64,000 nucleotides of DNA from a virus (taxonomy: Duplodnaviria; Caudoviricetes): the IMG/VR virus record IMGVR_UViG_3300033076_001012, positions 25,028 through 89,027 of that record. One strand, written 5' to 3'. The notes beneath the pieces were generated by a model that worked only from the letters and a program-made list of their open reading frames with translations, was not told the origin of the DNA and did not search any database. This document shows, one piece after another, positions 29,651 through 40,645 of this stretch (position 1 is the stretch's first letter; the number at the start of each line of letters is the position of its first letter). The translations under genes and the position numbers were made by a program.

Positions 29651-30215
29651 ATCACATTTATTATTTGCTGGTGCACTTGTTATACTTACAATTCTATTAT
29701 TAAAGTTTAATAAATGTAATAATTCTCCAACAACAAATGTAACAACAACAGATACCATTGTTGCTGTACAAATTATACATGATACTATTATTAAAACAAA
29801 TACTGTAAATATCTATAAACCCGTAACAAAATTTGTATATTTAGTAGATTCTTCAAATAGAAAAAACTGTGACTCAACAAGAGTTTATACATCGTCTTTA
29901 AAAGACTCAATAATAAACATATCTGTTATAGATAGTGTTAACGGTAAATTATTAGGTGCTAAAATTAGCTATGTAGCTAAAGTACCAAAAGACTGTGTAA
30001 TTGTTACAAAAATTATAACAAAATATGAACAGATATCTGTACCATATAAGTATCAACTTCTTAGTGGTATAGAAGTTGGTGGCAATCTCACATCTTTTAA
30101 TAATATATCTCCTACTCTACTGTTTCAGTATAATAACAAAATATACAGTTACAAATATAATATACTTTTAAATACTCACAATATAGGAATATGTATTAAA
30201 CTTTTTGGAAAATGA
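29637..30215 (+). CDS. putative spanin-like protein
   Basis: N-terminal TM then DT..repeats and beta C-terminus; lysis module position. Confidence 0.5.
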   Translation: MKLNKSHLLFAGALVILTILLLKFNKCNNSPTTNVTTTDTIVAVQIIHDTIIKTNTVNIYKPVTKFVYLVDSSNRKNCDSTRVYTSSLKDSIINISVIDSVNGKLLGAKISYVAKVPKDCVIVTKIITKYEQISVPYKYQLLSGIEVGGNLTSFNNISPTLLFQYNNKIYSYKYNILLNTHNIGICIKLFGK

Positions 30216-30622
30216 AAAATGATTTAATGAATAAGGCTGTTGAGATAAGCAAAACATCCTCTACACAAACAGGTTCTATAGGAGAATTTTTTGGAAAACT
30301 CTTTCAATTAAGAGATGTTGCTCATTTAAATCATCTTAAAAGTCAATCTTACGCACAACATGTTGCTTTAGGAGACTTCTATGATGGATTGTTAACATTA
30401 ACAGATGATTTGATTGAATGTTATCAAGGCATTAAAGGTATAGTAGACATATCTATACCTGCTTCAAAAGCATCTGATCCTACATTATCTTTGCAGGAAT
30501 TTTATACTTACTTTCAAAATAACCGTAGTAAATTCTTTACTGAATCACAACTTTTAAATATATCTGATGAGATATTATCTCTCATTAATAAAACAATTTA
30601 TAAGTTAAAAAACCTTAAATAA
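30212..30622 (+). CDS. ferritin-like four-helix protein
   Basis: H..HL.S.SYAQH.AL..FYD.L..L.D.L.E.YQG. Confidence 0.7.
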   Translation: MKNDLMNKAVEISKTSSTQTGSIGEFFGKLFQLRDVAHLNHLKSQSYAQHVALGDFYDGLLTLTDDLIECYQGIKGIVDISIPASKASDPTLSLQEFYTYFQNNRSKFFTESQLLNISDEILSLINKTIYKLKNLK

Positions 30623-31335
30623 TGGAATTGACTAAGAAACATCTTATATATGAACTCTTAAATATAATAAGAGCAGGTAAAGGTGGAGATTCAGATGATG
30701 AGACTATAAGTCACGAATTATTAAGTTATTGGATAGACTCTGCAAGAAATGTTCTTATAAGACAAGATCTTGAAAAAAACAGAACTATATCCAACAATAT
30801 ACGTCAATCTTTAGGTTGTGTACCTGTTTCATTAGTAGATGCTTCAGTATGTTGTAATTTAGTTACAGAATGTAAAGTATACAGAACTTCTGTAAAGATA
30901 CCTAAAACCATAGAATTATATCAAAGAGACTTAATAACGAGAGTTGGACCAGCTTCTATAACTCAACCTGCATTTCAACTAATACCTTATGAAAGAGCTG
31001 CTTGGGTAAAATATGGTCCTCTTCCTGGAATAAACAGAATACCTAAAGCTTTTTTATTTGATAGTTATATTTACATATTAGTTCCTAATTTAGATATAGT
31101 TCTCACATCAATTAATATACAAGGAGTATTTGCTTCACCTCAAGAAGTATCTACTTTCAATACATGTGAGGGAACAATTTGTTACTCAGATGATAGTCCT
31201 TATCCAATATCTGAACACATGTTAGATCCTCTTAAAAAGATAGTATTAGAATATTTAAGAATATCGGCCAATCAACCCACTGACAACATAGGAGATGGTA
31301 GATTTAAAGTAGAATCAAATGTAGAAAAAACATAA
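30622..31335 (+). CDS. tail ring protein
   Basis: IYELLN.IR....SDD..IS...L.YWI...R..LI.Q; crAss-like ring family pattern. Confidence 0.75.
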   Translation: MELTKKHLIYELLNIIRAGKGGDSDDETISHELLSYWIDSARNVLIRQDLEKNRTISNNIRQSLGCVPVSLVDASVCCNLVTECKVYRTSVKIPKTIELYQRDLITRVGPASITQPAFQLIPYERAAWVKYGPLPGINRIPKAFLFDSYIYILVPNLDIVLTSINIQGVFASPQEVSTFNTCEGTICYSDDSPYPISEHMLDPLKKIVLEYLRISANQPTDNIGDGRFKVESNVEKT

Positions 31336-31348
31336 ATATATATAAATT

Positions 31349-31807
31349 ATGAAGTTGGGAAAGAGGGGAAAGGGAAAGATATTACCTGATTATAAAGCTA
31401 AACATATATATCTCTATTATAAGAGAACAACTGATGAAAAACTCCAACATACCAACGGAGAGTTTTATAAAATTTTAACAGATTTAAACAATGGTTTAAA
31501 AGATCACATTTTATCAGGAGATGCTTTTTTCGTACCCTGTGGATTAGGTTTTATAAGAATAAAAAAAGCTAAAAGAAGACTTGAAAAAGAACATTTAGCT
31601 ATAGATTGGGGAACTTCAAGAAAAGTTAATAAAATAGTATATTTTCTAGGGGGACTTGGAAATAAGAGATCTATTTACAAAATAAAGTGGTTCAAACCTA
31701 AAAAGGTAAGAAATATTTCTCCATATGTTCTAACTATGGAAAGAAGATTTAAAAGAAGATTGGCTGCACACTTAAAAAATAATCCTGATATAGATTATAT
31801 GAATTAA
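31349..31807 (+). CDS. IHF-like protein (crAss-like)
   Basis: F.VP.GLG.IRI.K...IDW..S; position before ring/muzzle genes. Confidence 0.7.
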   Translation: MKLGKRGKGKILPDYKAKHIYLYYKRTTDEKLQHTNGEFYKILTDLNNGLKDHILSGDAFFVPCGLGFIRIKKAKRRLEKEHLAIDWGTSRKVNKIVYFLGGLGNKRSIYKIKWFKPKKVRNISPYVLTMERRFKRRLAAHLKNNPDIDYMN

Positions 31808-31823
31808 CATATAAATTACCAAC

Positions 31824-32636
31824 ATGATAGTTAACAAATTTATTAGTTCTAAAGACATTATAAATCAGGTATATAGAGATACCGGAAGTTCTGAGGATTT
31901 ACCGATAGCAGATATGCTATCATGGATATATGAAGGATTGGAGATAATGAATCAACCTATTCAATATATTAAAAAAGTTACAGGACATGAAGCTAATCCT
32001 AACTTAAATATAACAAATTATAAAGCTCCTCTTCCATGTGATTTTCACAAACTTGTACAGATTGCTGTAAATGGTATGCCAGCAAGATACTCCAATAGTA
32101 CATTTCATCATTTATTAGATGGAACATGTTGTGGATTACAAAACAGTGTGGATACAGCTGATACATTTATTGATAATTTTGGTAACTCTTTTTCACCACA
32201 AGCTTCTACATTATTTTCTACATCAAATATTTATGATGTAGTAACCTTTGATATAAATAATGATTATTTAACCCTCTCCATAAGAGAGGGAGAAGTTTGT
32301 ATTGCTTATTTAGCTTATCCTACAGATGATGAAGGATGGCCGATGTTACCCGATGATATGAGTTATAGAGTAGCTATAACTAAATATTTAATGATGAAAC
32401 TTGCTTATATTAATTGGATAAAAGATGCTACCAATAATGGTAAGAGAGCCATCTTTGAACACTCTGAAAGAGAATGGGCTTGGTATGTTGCGCAATCTAC
32501 AAGTAAATCTAAGATACCATCTTTAGAAGAAATGGAATCTTTAAAAAACCAACATTTAAGATTAATTGATAAAATTAATCAGCACGATACCTTCTTTAAA
32601 ACTTTAGGGGGTAAAGAGAATAGGAAAAAGCACTAA
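31824..32636 (+). CDS. tail tubular/ring protein (P22 gp4-like)
   Basis: Y...LP.DF..L, CIAYLAYPTD..G.PM.PD; precedes muzzle gene. Confidence 0.8.
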   Translation: MIVNKFISSKDIINQVYRDTGSSEDLPIADMLSWIYEGLEIMNQPIQYIKKVTGHEANPNLNITNYKAPLPCDFHKLVQIAVNGMPARYSNSTFHHLLDGTCCGLQNSVDTADTFIDNFGNSFSPQASTLFSTSNIYDVVTFDINNDYLTLSIREGEVCIAYLAYPTDDEGWPMLPDDMSYRVAITKYLMMKLAYINWIKDATNNGKRAIFEHSEREWAWYVAQSTSKSKIPSLEEMESLKNQHLRLIDKINQHDTFFKTLGGKENRKKH

Positions 32637-32645
32637 TAGATATTC

Positions 32646-35600
32646 ATGGAACAAGCTATCAATACTTTTGAAGGAGGTATCAATAAAGATTTTCATAAAC
32701 TTACAATACCTGCAACACAAGCTACTCACATTGAGAATATGCGTATTACTACAGATACTGGTAGTACTACCAAATCTCTTATTAATGTAGAAGGTACATC
32801 CCATATGATAGATTTTCCAGATTTATCAGATGTATATAAAGTTACATCAACGAGTCAATCTATTATTACTGTTCAATATTCGTTTAATATAAACGGTACA
32901 TTAATAATATTCAACTCTACTTCAGATACTGAAGATTTAGCATTAGATTTTAATGCAGCAGCAACATCCAATCCTACACTAAACAGTTTAGGTATTACAG
33001 GAATCTCTGATAAAGATGGTAACTCAATGTTAATCTATTCAAATAATGGTCAAACATTTACTTGCATAATGGTTACTTCTCCAGCTTTATCAACCATTAA
33101 CATCTCTCAAATATTATTATATAGAACCAAAGCTAATATAACTATTATAGGAAGTTTTCCTATAAGAGATTATATATATCTTATAACAACTACAGATAGT
33201 TCCTCAACTGGAGGGTCTGGCCAAATATGGAGATATTCTTATGATACTACTGGCCCAACTACCACATCTACTTTAACACTTCTTTATGATAATAACATAA
33301 ATTTAACAACTCAACATCCTATATTTCCTCCTGCAATAACAGGAGTATATGAGAATGTTGAAACTATTAGATTATACTGGACAGATAATTTTAACAAACT
33401 TCGTTCATTTAATGTAGCAGATTCTACAAATGGATTTGCTTTAGATCCTTCTTTACTTGATATAGAACCTCCTGTTGATAATGATCAAGCTGTGCTTCAA
33501 AAAATAACATCTGATGGTAACAATGCTTTATATGTTGGTACATATGAAGCAACTTATCGTTTAAAAAACTCTTCAGGTGTTACTAAGTTTGGACCATTAT
33601 CAAATATAGTATCTATAGTTCCATTAGATGAAGCTTCTTTTACAGGTTCAAATTATACAAGTTATGTTGGTGGAGGAGTAGGTACTAAAACTAATAAAAA
33701 TATTCATTGGAAAATATCAGGTTTAGATACAGATTTTGAAAGAATTGAAATACTTATAATATATAGAAGTGCTTTAAATGGAACACCTATTATATATAAA
33801 ACCCATGATGAAGAACTTCCTGCAAACGGTGTATATGAATTTACATATAGTGGACAAGAATTTATAGAAGAACTTACCATTAATGATTTTTTAGAAGATA
33901 GATTTGCATTTACTCACTGTAAAACAATAGCCGCTAAAGATATGCATTTGGTTGTTGGAAATGTGAGAAATGAAAAAACAGATTTTACATATGATGCAAG
34001 AGCCTATATACATATGAAAGTAGGCCCCGTATGGGATTTTATAATAAGAGATTCTCAAGGAAATTCTACATCATGGTTAGCAAATTATGGTGCGGATTAT
34101 AACAATATATCTGAAGACCATGATGCAATAGCTCCTTTTAATGATTCATTAACAAACGGTATATCATCTTCTACGGGTTATTATGCTTATAATCCTGATA
34201 CAGGATTTTTGGGAGGTAAAGGAGCAAATATAACATATGAGTTTGGAACAGAATATGTTAGAGCAGATATAACTAACAACATAGGTTCTCAACAAACAGC
34301 TCCTTTCAGACACACTAATCCGAACTTTTATACATATACTTATAATAACGGTGCAGGTAAAGAATACAACTTTAACATGGCTCCTGATGGAGTAAAATCA
34401 GCTTATCATTCATCCGTACTTAAAGGTTATCAAAGAAATGAAATATATAGATTTGCTATTGTCTTCTATGATAAACAGGGTAGATCGTTGTTTGCTAAAT
34501 GGATAGGTGATATTAAAATGCCCGATTACTGTGATGTATTAGACCCTAATAACAAAGGTATTTGTGATGATGGTTCTAATCCACCAAACGACTTTAGATT
34601 ATCTTTTTCTTCAGGAGACTATGGTGGATATTCTGATGGATCATATCTTTCTATATTATATATAAAGTTTAATATATCCATACCTCAAAATATATTACAA
34701 TATATTTCAGGTTTTCAAATAGTTAGATGTGAAAGAACAGATGCTGATAAAACAATTATTGGAAGCGGATTAATGATTGCTACTGCTGCCGATAGTGGAA
34801 CATACTATACACATGATACATCCACTTGGATAACAGGAGCTTTAAATAACAATACTCCAGAAAAAATACAAACCATACAATCTCCTGAATTTCAATTTGG
34901 ACTATTTCCAGGATTTGCAAGTGGAGATAAGATTTTAACTAAACAAAGAATTACTCATAGTAATACACAATTATATACAGATTTGGCTGGAACAGCCACA
35001 GATTATTATTATATGTGGAAGTTTTCCAAATCCGAACCTTTAACGAATGTAGGAGGAACGGCTCAGGAACAATTAATTGTAACTGAAGCAGGTGTTGTAG
35101 GATTTGGTGGAGCACACACGTTTAACCAATCACCTAATACAGGTATAAATTTCAGAAATCACTCTGAACCAAATGGTAGTAGTGAATATGAAGGAATAGG
35201 TGCTTCAACATTATTAATCGGATTAAATGCTACATTTGATTATACCTTTAACGGTGTTACACAAGCAAACAATAGAAAATATTATGTTAACTATTATAGA
35301 CAAAGAGCCTCCCAATATGGAGGAAATAGTTACTCGCAAAGATCCAATTCAGTTTATATAGCTTGTGGGGACTTTCAACCTGTATTGTCAAATATAACAA
35401 CAACTACTTCTTATACTCATAAAGTATTTGGTGGAGATATATTTACAGTATATTATGACAATGAAAAGATTGTAAAGAATTGGGGAACACAAGTTCCAGG
35501 ATTACCAGCCGCTCCATCAGGAAGTCAGTCTGCTACATTCTATTTTCCGTGTGAAACAACCTTTAATACAGAGCTTAGACAACAATCTCATACTAATAGA

Positions 35601-36947
35601 GATTTAACAACTGAAGGTACAGGTGCTTCTGCAAGAGAAGATTATGAATATAATAAAGTGTATTCAAATGAAAGAAATGTAGTTAAGTTTTTTCCAAAAC
35701 CTGTAGACTTTAGATCAGTAGATGAATATGATTCAAGATTTTGGATTTCTCAGAAAAAAATAGCAGGAGAAAGTAAAGATAGTTGGGCTATATTTCTAAC
35801 AAATGATTGGCAAGATGGTCAATCTGAATATGGACCGGTTAATTCATTATTAATGTTTAACAATGAATTATGGTTTTGGCAAGATAAAGCTTATGGTATT
35901 CTTCCTATAAATAGGAAAACAATATTAGACGATAATTCAACTACAGGTAGTGCCCCTGTACTATTAGGTACAGGACAATTAATTGATATACCAAGATATC
36001 TATCTACAAGAGTTGGTTGTAAACAACAAGGTGCTATAGTAGCATCACCAAATTCCATAGCCTTTTTTGATATTTTAAGCAGAACAATGTATAAAGTTGG
36101 TTCTAATGGAGAACAACCTATATCTGATATTAAAGGTTTACAATCATATTTTCCAGTGAACTTAACAGGTAAAATACAAATTAAAGATAATCCTATATAT
36201 TTTGATTCTACATTAAACAATTCAAGATGTGGTATAACTTGTGTGTATGATTATAGATATAATGAATTTATATTCACATTTATAGATGCTAAGTATAATT
36301 CAACTACAACACAATATGCTGAAAATAAGTTTACTGTAGCATTTAATGAACAAACAGATCAGTTTGGAAGCTTTTATACTTATTATCCTTCTTTATATAT
36401 ATCTGATACAAAAAACTTTTTTGCTGCTGATCCAAATGTAAGTTATAAATTATATATTCATAATTCAAGAAGTAATTTCTGTAAATGGTATGGTGCAACA
36501 ATAGCAGATCCCTCTAAACTATCAATAGTTATAAATAAAAATCCTGACTATGCTAAAATATTTGAGAATTTAGAATGGTTTATGGAAACCAGAGATATTA
36601 CTTTAAACCTTTACTCCATAAATGAAACATGGTCATCAATAAGATGTTATACAGATGTTCAGAATAGTAATTTTATTACTTTATCTTTATCTTCTAATTT
36701 ACGAAGGAAAGAAAGAAAATGGCAAATAGCTGTACCAAGAAATGCTGTTAACTCTCAAGCTCTTGTAACTACAGGATTAGATATATTTGACGCAACCAAT
36801 TTAACAACTGGTGCAACACGTCTATTTAGAGATAAGATGAGAAATAATTATATGACAGTAGATTTTGTGTACAATAACACTTTTCCAACAAGAAATCAAA
36901 TATCTATACCGTATATTAAAACATATTATCAAATATCTCCAAGATAA
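32646..36947 (+). CDS. tail muzzle/stabilisation protein (P22 gp10-like)
   Basis: N-terminal NTF.GG.NKD, LYWTD.FN..R.FN, GY.RNEIYRFAIVFYD; 1433 aa. Confidence 0.85.
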   Translation: MEQAINTFEGGINKDFHKLTIPATQATHIENMRITTDTGSTTKSLINVEGTSHMIDFPDLSDVYKVTSTSQSIITVQYSFNINGTLIIFNSTSDTEDLALDFNAAATSNPTLNSLGITGISDKDGNSMLIYSNNGQTFTCIMVTSPALSTINISQILLYRTKANITIIGSFPIRDYIYLITTTDSSSTGGSGQIWRYSYDTTGPTTTSTLTLLYDNNINLTTQHPIFPPAITGVYENVETIRLYWTDNFNKLRSFNVADSTNGFALDPSLLDIEPPVDNDQAVLQKITSDGNNALYVGTYEATYRLKNSSGVTKFGPLSNIVSIVPLDEASFTGSNYTSYVGGGVGTKTNKNIHWKISGLDTDFERIEILIIYRSALNGTPIIYKTHDEELPANGVYEFTYSGQEFIEELTINDFLEDRFAFTHCKTIAAKDMHLVVGNVRNEKTDFTYDARAYIHMKVGPVWDFIIRDSQGNSTSWLANYGADYNNISEDHDAIAPFNDSLTNGISSSTGYYAYNPDTGFLGGKGANITYEFGTEYVRADITNNIGSQQTAPFRHTNPNFYTYTYNNGAGKEYNFNMAPDGVKSAYHSSVLKGYQRNEIYRFAIVFYDKQGRSLFAKWIGDIKMPDYCDVLDPNNKGICDDGSNPPNDFRLSFSSGDYGGYSDGSYLSILYIKFNISIPQNILQYISGFQIVRCERTDADKTIIGSGLMIATAADSGTYYTHDTSTWITGALNNNTPEKIQTIQSPEFQFGLFPGFASGDKILTKQRITHSNTQLYTDLAGTATDYYYMWKFSKSEPLTNVGGTAQEQLIVTEAGVVGFGGAHTFNQSPNTGINFRNHSEPNGSSEYEGIGASTLLIGLNATFDYTFNGVTQANNRKYYVNYYRQRASQYGGNSYSQRSNSVYIACGDFQPVLSNITTTTSYTHKVFGGDIFTVYYDNEKIVKNWGTQVPGLPAAPSGSQSATFYFPCETTFNTELRQQSHTNRDLTTEGTGASAREDYEYNKVYSNERNVVKFFPKPVDFRSVDEYDSRFWISQKKIAGESKDSWAIFLTNDWQDGQSEYGPVNSLLMFNNELWFWQDKAYGILPINRKTILDDNSTTGSAPVLLGTGQLIDIPRYLSTRVGCKQQGAIVASPNSIAFFDILSRTMYKVGSNGEQPISDIKGLQSYFPVNLTGKIQIKDNPIYFDSTLNNSRCGITCVYDYRYNEFIFTFIDAKYNSTTTQYAENKFTVAFNEQTDQFGSFYTYYPSLYISDTKNFFAADPNVSYKLYIHNSRSNFCKWYGATIADPSKLSIVINKNPDYAKIFENLEWFMETRDITLNLYSINETWSSIRCYTDVQNSNFITLSLSSNLRRKERKWQIAVPRNAVNSQALVTTGLDIFDATNLTTGATRLFRDKMRNNYMTVDFVYNNTFPTRNQISIPYIKTYYQISPR

Positions 36948-36985
36948 AACCTAACAATCAATGTTAGATGTAAAATATATATAAC

Positions 36986-37013
36986 AAAAAGCTTGCTTTT
37001 GCAAGCTTTTTTT
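36986..37013 (+). terminator. bidirectional terminator-like hairpin
   Basis: AAAAAGCTTGC-TTTT-GCAAGCTTTTT. Confidence 0.75.
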
Positions 37014-37023
37014 ATTATATTTA
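36993..37023 (+). promoter_or_regulatory. promoter overlapping the terminator hairpin
   Basis: TTG(36993)-N20-TATATTTA(37016-23) upstream of the cargo operon. Confidence 0.55.
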
Positions 37024-37077
37024 TCTGTTTTACACAACACTAACTTTACAAATAACTAACAACAAAACTTATTATAC

Positions 37078-38616
37078 ATGTCAAAACATTCAAAAATTAT
37101 TAGAAAACCTAAATTAAAGGGTAAGTCTTCAAAAGAAGTCCCTGAATATGGTTGGGGTGGAGGAATACAAGGAGGAGTTTCAGGAGCTGCTCAAGGAGCA
37201 CAGTTAGGTTTTTCAGTAGGAGGACCTTGGGGTGCTGCTATAGGAGCAGGAGCAGGTTTGATATATGGTGCTTATCAAGGTTCAAAAGCAGAAGATGAAC
37301 AAAAGAAAATTGAAAATAATAGCGCATATTCAGCTTATTTAAAAGGTTTGGAAGCAAGTGGAGCAACTAGATTTAAACAAGGTGGTCAAATTAATAAACA
37401 ATTAATTGAAGTTGAAGGTGATGAATTAGAAGTAGATACTAAAGGACATATTATAAAAGATTATAAAGGTAAAAACTCTCATATAGATGGAGGATTTAAA
37501 ACTCTTTCTAAATCTGGAAATATTATTATTCCTCATAAGTTTAGACAGAAATTTTTAGATGGTGATGATGTGTCTAAACAAACTATCATACAACAACTTA
37601 AAAGAGATCAGGTAAAAAGAGATAATCTTGAATTAGATACTTTTAGATCTATGGAAGATGTAGAATATGGTAAAGGTGGACAGATACATATTAAACCTGA
37701 AAATAAAGGTAAATTTACAGAAGCTGCAAAAAGAGCAGGAATGGGTGTACAAGAATACGCTAAACATGTATTAGCTCATAAAGATCAACATTCTTCTACA
37801 TTAATTAAACGTGCTAATTTTGCTAGAAATGCTTCTAAGTTTAAACATGAAGAAGGTGGAACTATTAAAAAATATGGTGGAGATTTAGATAATAATGAGT
37901 TTTCGTTAATAACATCACCTGATGAAACAAATGATGTTATGGAAAACATTATACAACCTGCTTTCGATAAAGAATTTAAAAGACTTCCTTCTGAAAGAAA
38001 CAGACAAATGAGTGCTGGAGTTAATAATGCATTAACCTATGCACCTATTGCTTATGATATGATAAAAGGTTTAGAAAAACCTACATATCTTAATCAAGAA
38101 GATTATCAGAACCCTTATGAAACACAAGCTCTTTCTTTAATGCGTAATAGGAAAGTGGATATGACACCTATTAGACAAAGAATGTTAGCTAATAGACAGT
38201 CTGCTCTTAGAAACGCTAAAGAATCTCAATCTTTGAGTGGTGGTGCTTATTTATCCAATGCTAATCAGATAGAAGCAAATACACAAAATGCTATGGCTAA
38301 TGCTCAAATGCAAGAGCAGGATATAAATAATAGATATAGAGGTGAAGAAGCATCTACATTAGCAAATCTTGGTGCAGATAGAGCAAGAACTAAACTTGGT
38401 ATTAAAGATATTAATCTAAGAAATATTGCTGCTACTAATGCACATACTGCTAAAGCTACAGAAGGTGTATCTAAAGCTGCTTTAATGAAACAAAGATATA
38501 GTAATGCAGGAAGTAGAGATGCTGCTTTAGCATCTGTTTTACAAGAAATGTTTCCTGATAGTTACAATAGTCCAGAATTCTTAGAATATTTTGAAAAATT
38601 AAAAAACTTTAGATAA
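37078..38616 (+). CDS. ejected cargo protein (crAss gp45-like)
   Basis: Gly-rich hydrophobic segment GG.QGG..GAA.GA.LG..VGGPWGAAIG; repeated xxGG motifs; EVEG.E and SH..GG. Confidence 0.7.
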   Translation: MSKHSKIIRKPKLKGKSSKEVPEYGWGGGIQGGVSGAAQGAQLGFSVGGPWGAAIGAGAGLIYGAYQGSKAEDEQKKIENNSAYSAYLKGLEASGATRFKQGGQINKQLIEVEGDELEVDTKGHIIKDYKGKNSHIDGGFKTLSKSGNIIIPHKFRQKFLDGDDVSKQTIIQQLKRDQVKRDNLELDTFRSMEDVEYGKGGQIHIKPENKGKFTEAAKRAGMGVQEYAKHVLAHKDQHSSTLIKRANFARNASKFKHEEGGTIKKYGGDLDNNEFSLITSPDETNDVMENIIQPAFDKEFKRLPSERNRQMSAGVNNALTYAPIAYDMIKGLEKPTYLNQEDYQNPYETQALSLMRNRKVDMTPIRQRMLANRQSALRNAKESQSLSGGAYLSNANQIEANTQNAMANAQMQEQDINNRYRGEEASTLANLGADRARTKLGIKDINLRNIAATNAHTAKATEGVSKAALMKQRYSNAGSRDAALASVLQEMFPDSYNSPEFLEYFEKLKNFR

Positions 38617-38617
38617 A

Positions 38618-40639
38618 GTGGCAAACCTCTACGAAATTCCTGCGGAATATGTACCGATAGATACATATGCTCCACTACCTTTTGATGATTTGCTTAGAGC
38701 AGGTCAATTAAGAAAGAAAAATGAGGATGATCTAATATCCGGTATTAAAGTTTTAGATAGAGATATAAAATATGCTCCTTGGAGAGAACAGAGAGCAATA
38801 AATCTTCAAACTGACATACATAATAAAGTTGATGATTTAGCTAATCAAACCTTTCAAAAAAAGAATTTTTCTGATGCAAGAAAACAAGCTCAAACTCTAG
38901 GGAGAAAATTGCATGAAGATTTCCAATTTGGAGAACCTGCTAAATTGCAAACAGAACATGATAGATGGGTTAATAGACAAAAGGAATTTAATGATGCACT
39001 AGAAGCTAATAGAAAAAATCCTGATAAACCAGGAGGTTTAACCCCAATGGATGTTAGATTATTGCAAGAAGAAGATATGGATAATGTGAATCCTGATTCT
39101 CCTTATGATAGTTATAATCCCCAACCTTTTGTTACAAATCCAGGTATACAAACTGAGATACAAAAGATTGCTAAAGAAATGCCAGCATGGTCAGAAGATA
39201 AAATAGGTAAATGGGCATCTACTCATGGACTTCCTTCTGATAAACTTCAAAGTTTTATTACATCTGTTAAAGAAAAAAAGTTTGATGTAATGGAACCTAT
39301 ACTTACTAATTATATATTAAACAATCCTGATTGGCAAGCTTATTTAAGTCAACAAGCAAGATTATATTCCAGAAAAGTAGATCCAGACAGATTAACAAGT
39401 ATTGATCCAAATATTGTGGATAAATTATCAAGAGCTTATCCTGAATTAGATCAGAACTCTCCTGAGTTTCAAACATTACTCGCAAGAGAACAAGCGAAAA
39501 AAGAATTACCTTTTCAGTTAGCTTCTACAATAGCTAGAAACGCAGCGTCTACTAATATAGTAAAAGATGTTGATGTTAAAAGAGATATTGTTACAGATGA
39601 AGCAGAGTCTGAAAGAAGGAAAAATCCAGAACCTTCTGTTGTACCGTATTATGAAACACCTTCTTTAACAATTAAAGGAGTTGAGTATGAAGGTACGTTT
39701 ACACAAAAAGAAAAAGGAGAGTTTATAGGAAATGCTTTAACAAAAGAGGAATATGATAAACTATCTCCTGCGGAGAAGATGAAAAGACAAGGAAATTATA
39801 CATCTCCTGATGAAAAATCCTTCTCAAAAGAAAAAGGTTATTTACAACCCAATGAGATTCCTCAAAAGAAATATGAACTTGCTAAAGGAGTATTATCTCT
39901 TCTAAAAGATTCTCCAGAATATGCTTCTATATTTAATAAATGGAACAATAAAGAAAATTTAACAAAAGAAGAAGCTGATAAAATTTATCCAATGTTAGAT
40001 GAGATTGAAAAACAAGCTTCAGAAAATAAAATGTTTAATGCTCAATCTGTGGAGTTTACTCCTGAGGAAAGAAAAGTTGTTAACGGTGGATTATTTGGAT
40101 ATAATTCACAAGGTATAAGTAAAGAAACAGTTGTTAAAAATTTAGGAACAGGAAGCTCTGGAAATGTTAAATTTTTAGACGAGAATGGTGAAACTCTTTC
40201 TCTAAAACAACTTAAAGAAAATCATTCAGAAGATGCTGCTGTTGAAGTAAATGGTAAATTTAAGGCAGAAAACGTCTTTCCTCTATTAGCAGGAGGTGAT
40301 AAATCCTTCCAAGTACCAACACAACTGTTTATTGAAGGAAAACAGTATATTGTTTCTGGACCAGAAGGATATTTAGATGCTAAAACAAAAAGTCCTTACA
40401 ATGAAGCAAATATAAACTATCAAAGAGATAAAGTTGTAAATGCAATATATCAAGCAAAAGCCTCACCCATTCCTTTAAATATGAGAATACATGGTGTTGA
40501 AACAATTACAGGATTTGATAAAAAAGATAATACTTTCAATTTAAAAATAGGAAATGTTAATAAAAAATTCAATACCGCAAAAGAAGCTGAGAATTATATT
40601 TTTGAAATGAAAGAAATATTAGCCAATAGTAAAAAATAA
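38618..40639 (+). CDS. ejected cargo protein
   Basis: GTG start; Y.P...Y.PLPFD.L N-terminus; lies between cargo and RNAP genes. Confidence 0.65.
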   Translation: MANLYEIPAEYVPIDTYAPLPFDDLLRAGQLRKKNEDDLISGIKVLDRDIKYAPWREQRAINLQTDIHNKVDDLANQTFQKKNFSDARKQAQTLGRKLHEDFQFGEPAKLQTEHDRWVNRQKEFNDALEANRKNPDKPGGLTPMDVRLLQEEDMDNVNPDSPYDSYNPQPFVTNPGIQTEIQKIAKEMPAWSEDKIGKWASTHGLPSDKLQSFITSVKEKKFDVMEPILTNYILNNPDWQAYLSQQARLYSRKVDPDRLTSIDPNIVDKLSRAYPELDQNSPEFQTLLAREQAKKELPFQLASTIARNAASTNIVKDVDVKRDIVTDEAESERRKNPEPSVVPYYETPSLTIKGVEYEGTFTQKEKGEFIGNALTKEEYDKLSPAEKMKRQGNYTSPDEKSFSKEKGYLQPNEIPQKKYELAKGVLSLLKDSPEYASIFNKWNNKENLTKEEADKIYPMLDEIEKQASENKMFNAQSVEFTPEERKVVNGGLFGYNSQGISKETVVKNLGTGSSGNVKFLDENGETLSLKQLKENHSEDAAVEVNGKFKAENVFPLLAGGDKSFQVPTQLFIEGKQYIVSGPEGYLDAKTKSPYNEANINYQRDKVVNAIYQAKASPIPLNMRIHGVETITGFDKKDNTFNLKIGNVNKKFNTAKEAENYIFEMKEILANSKK

Positions 40640-40645
40640 TTTATC

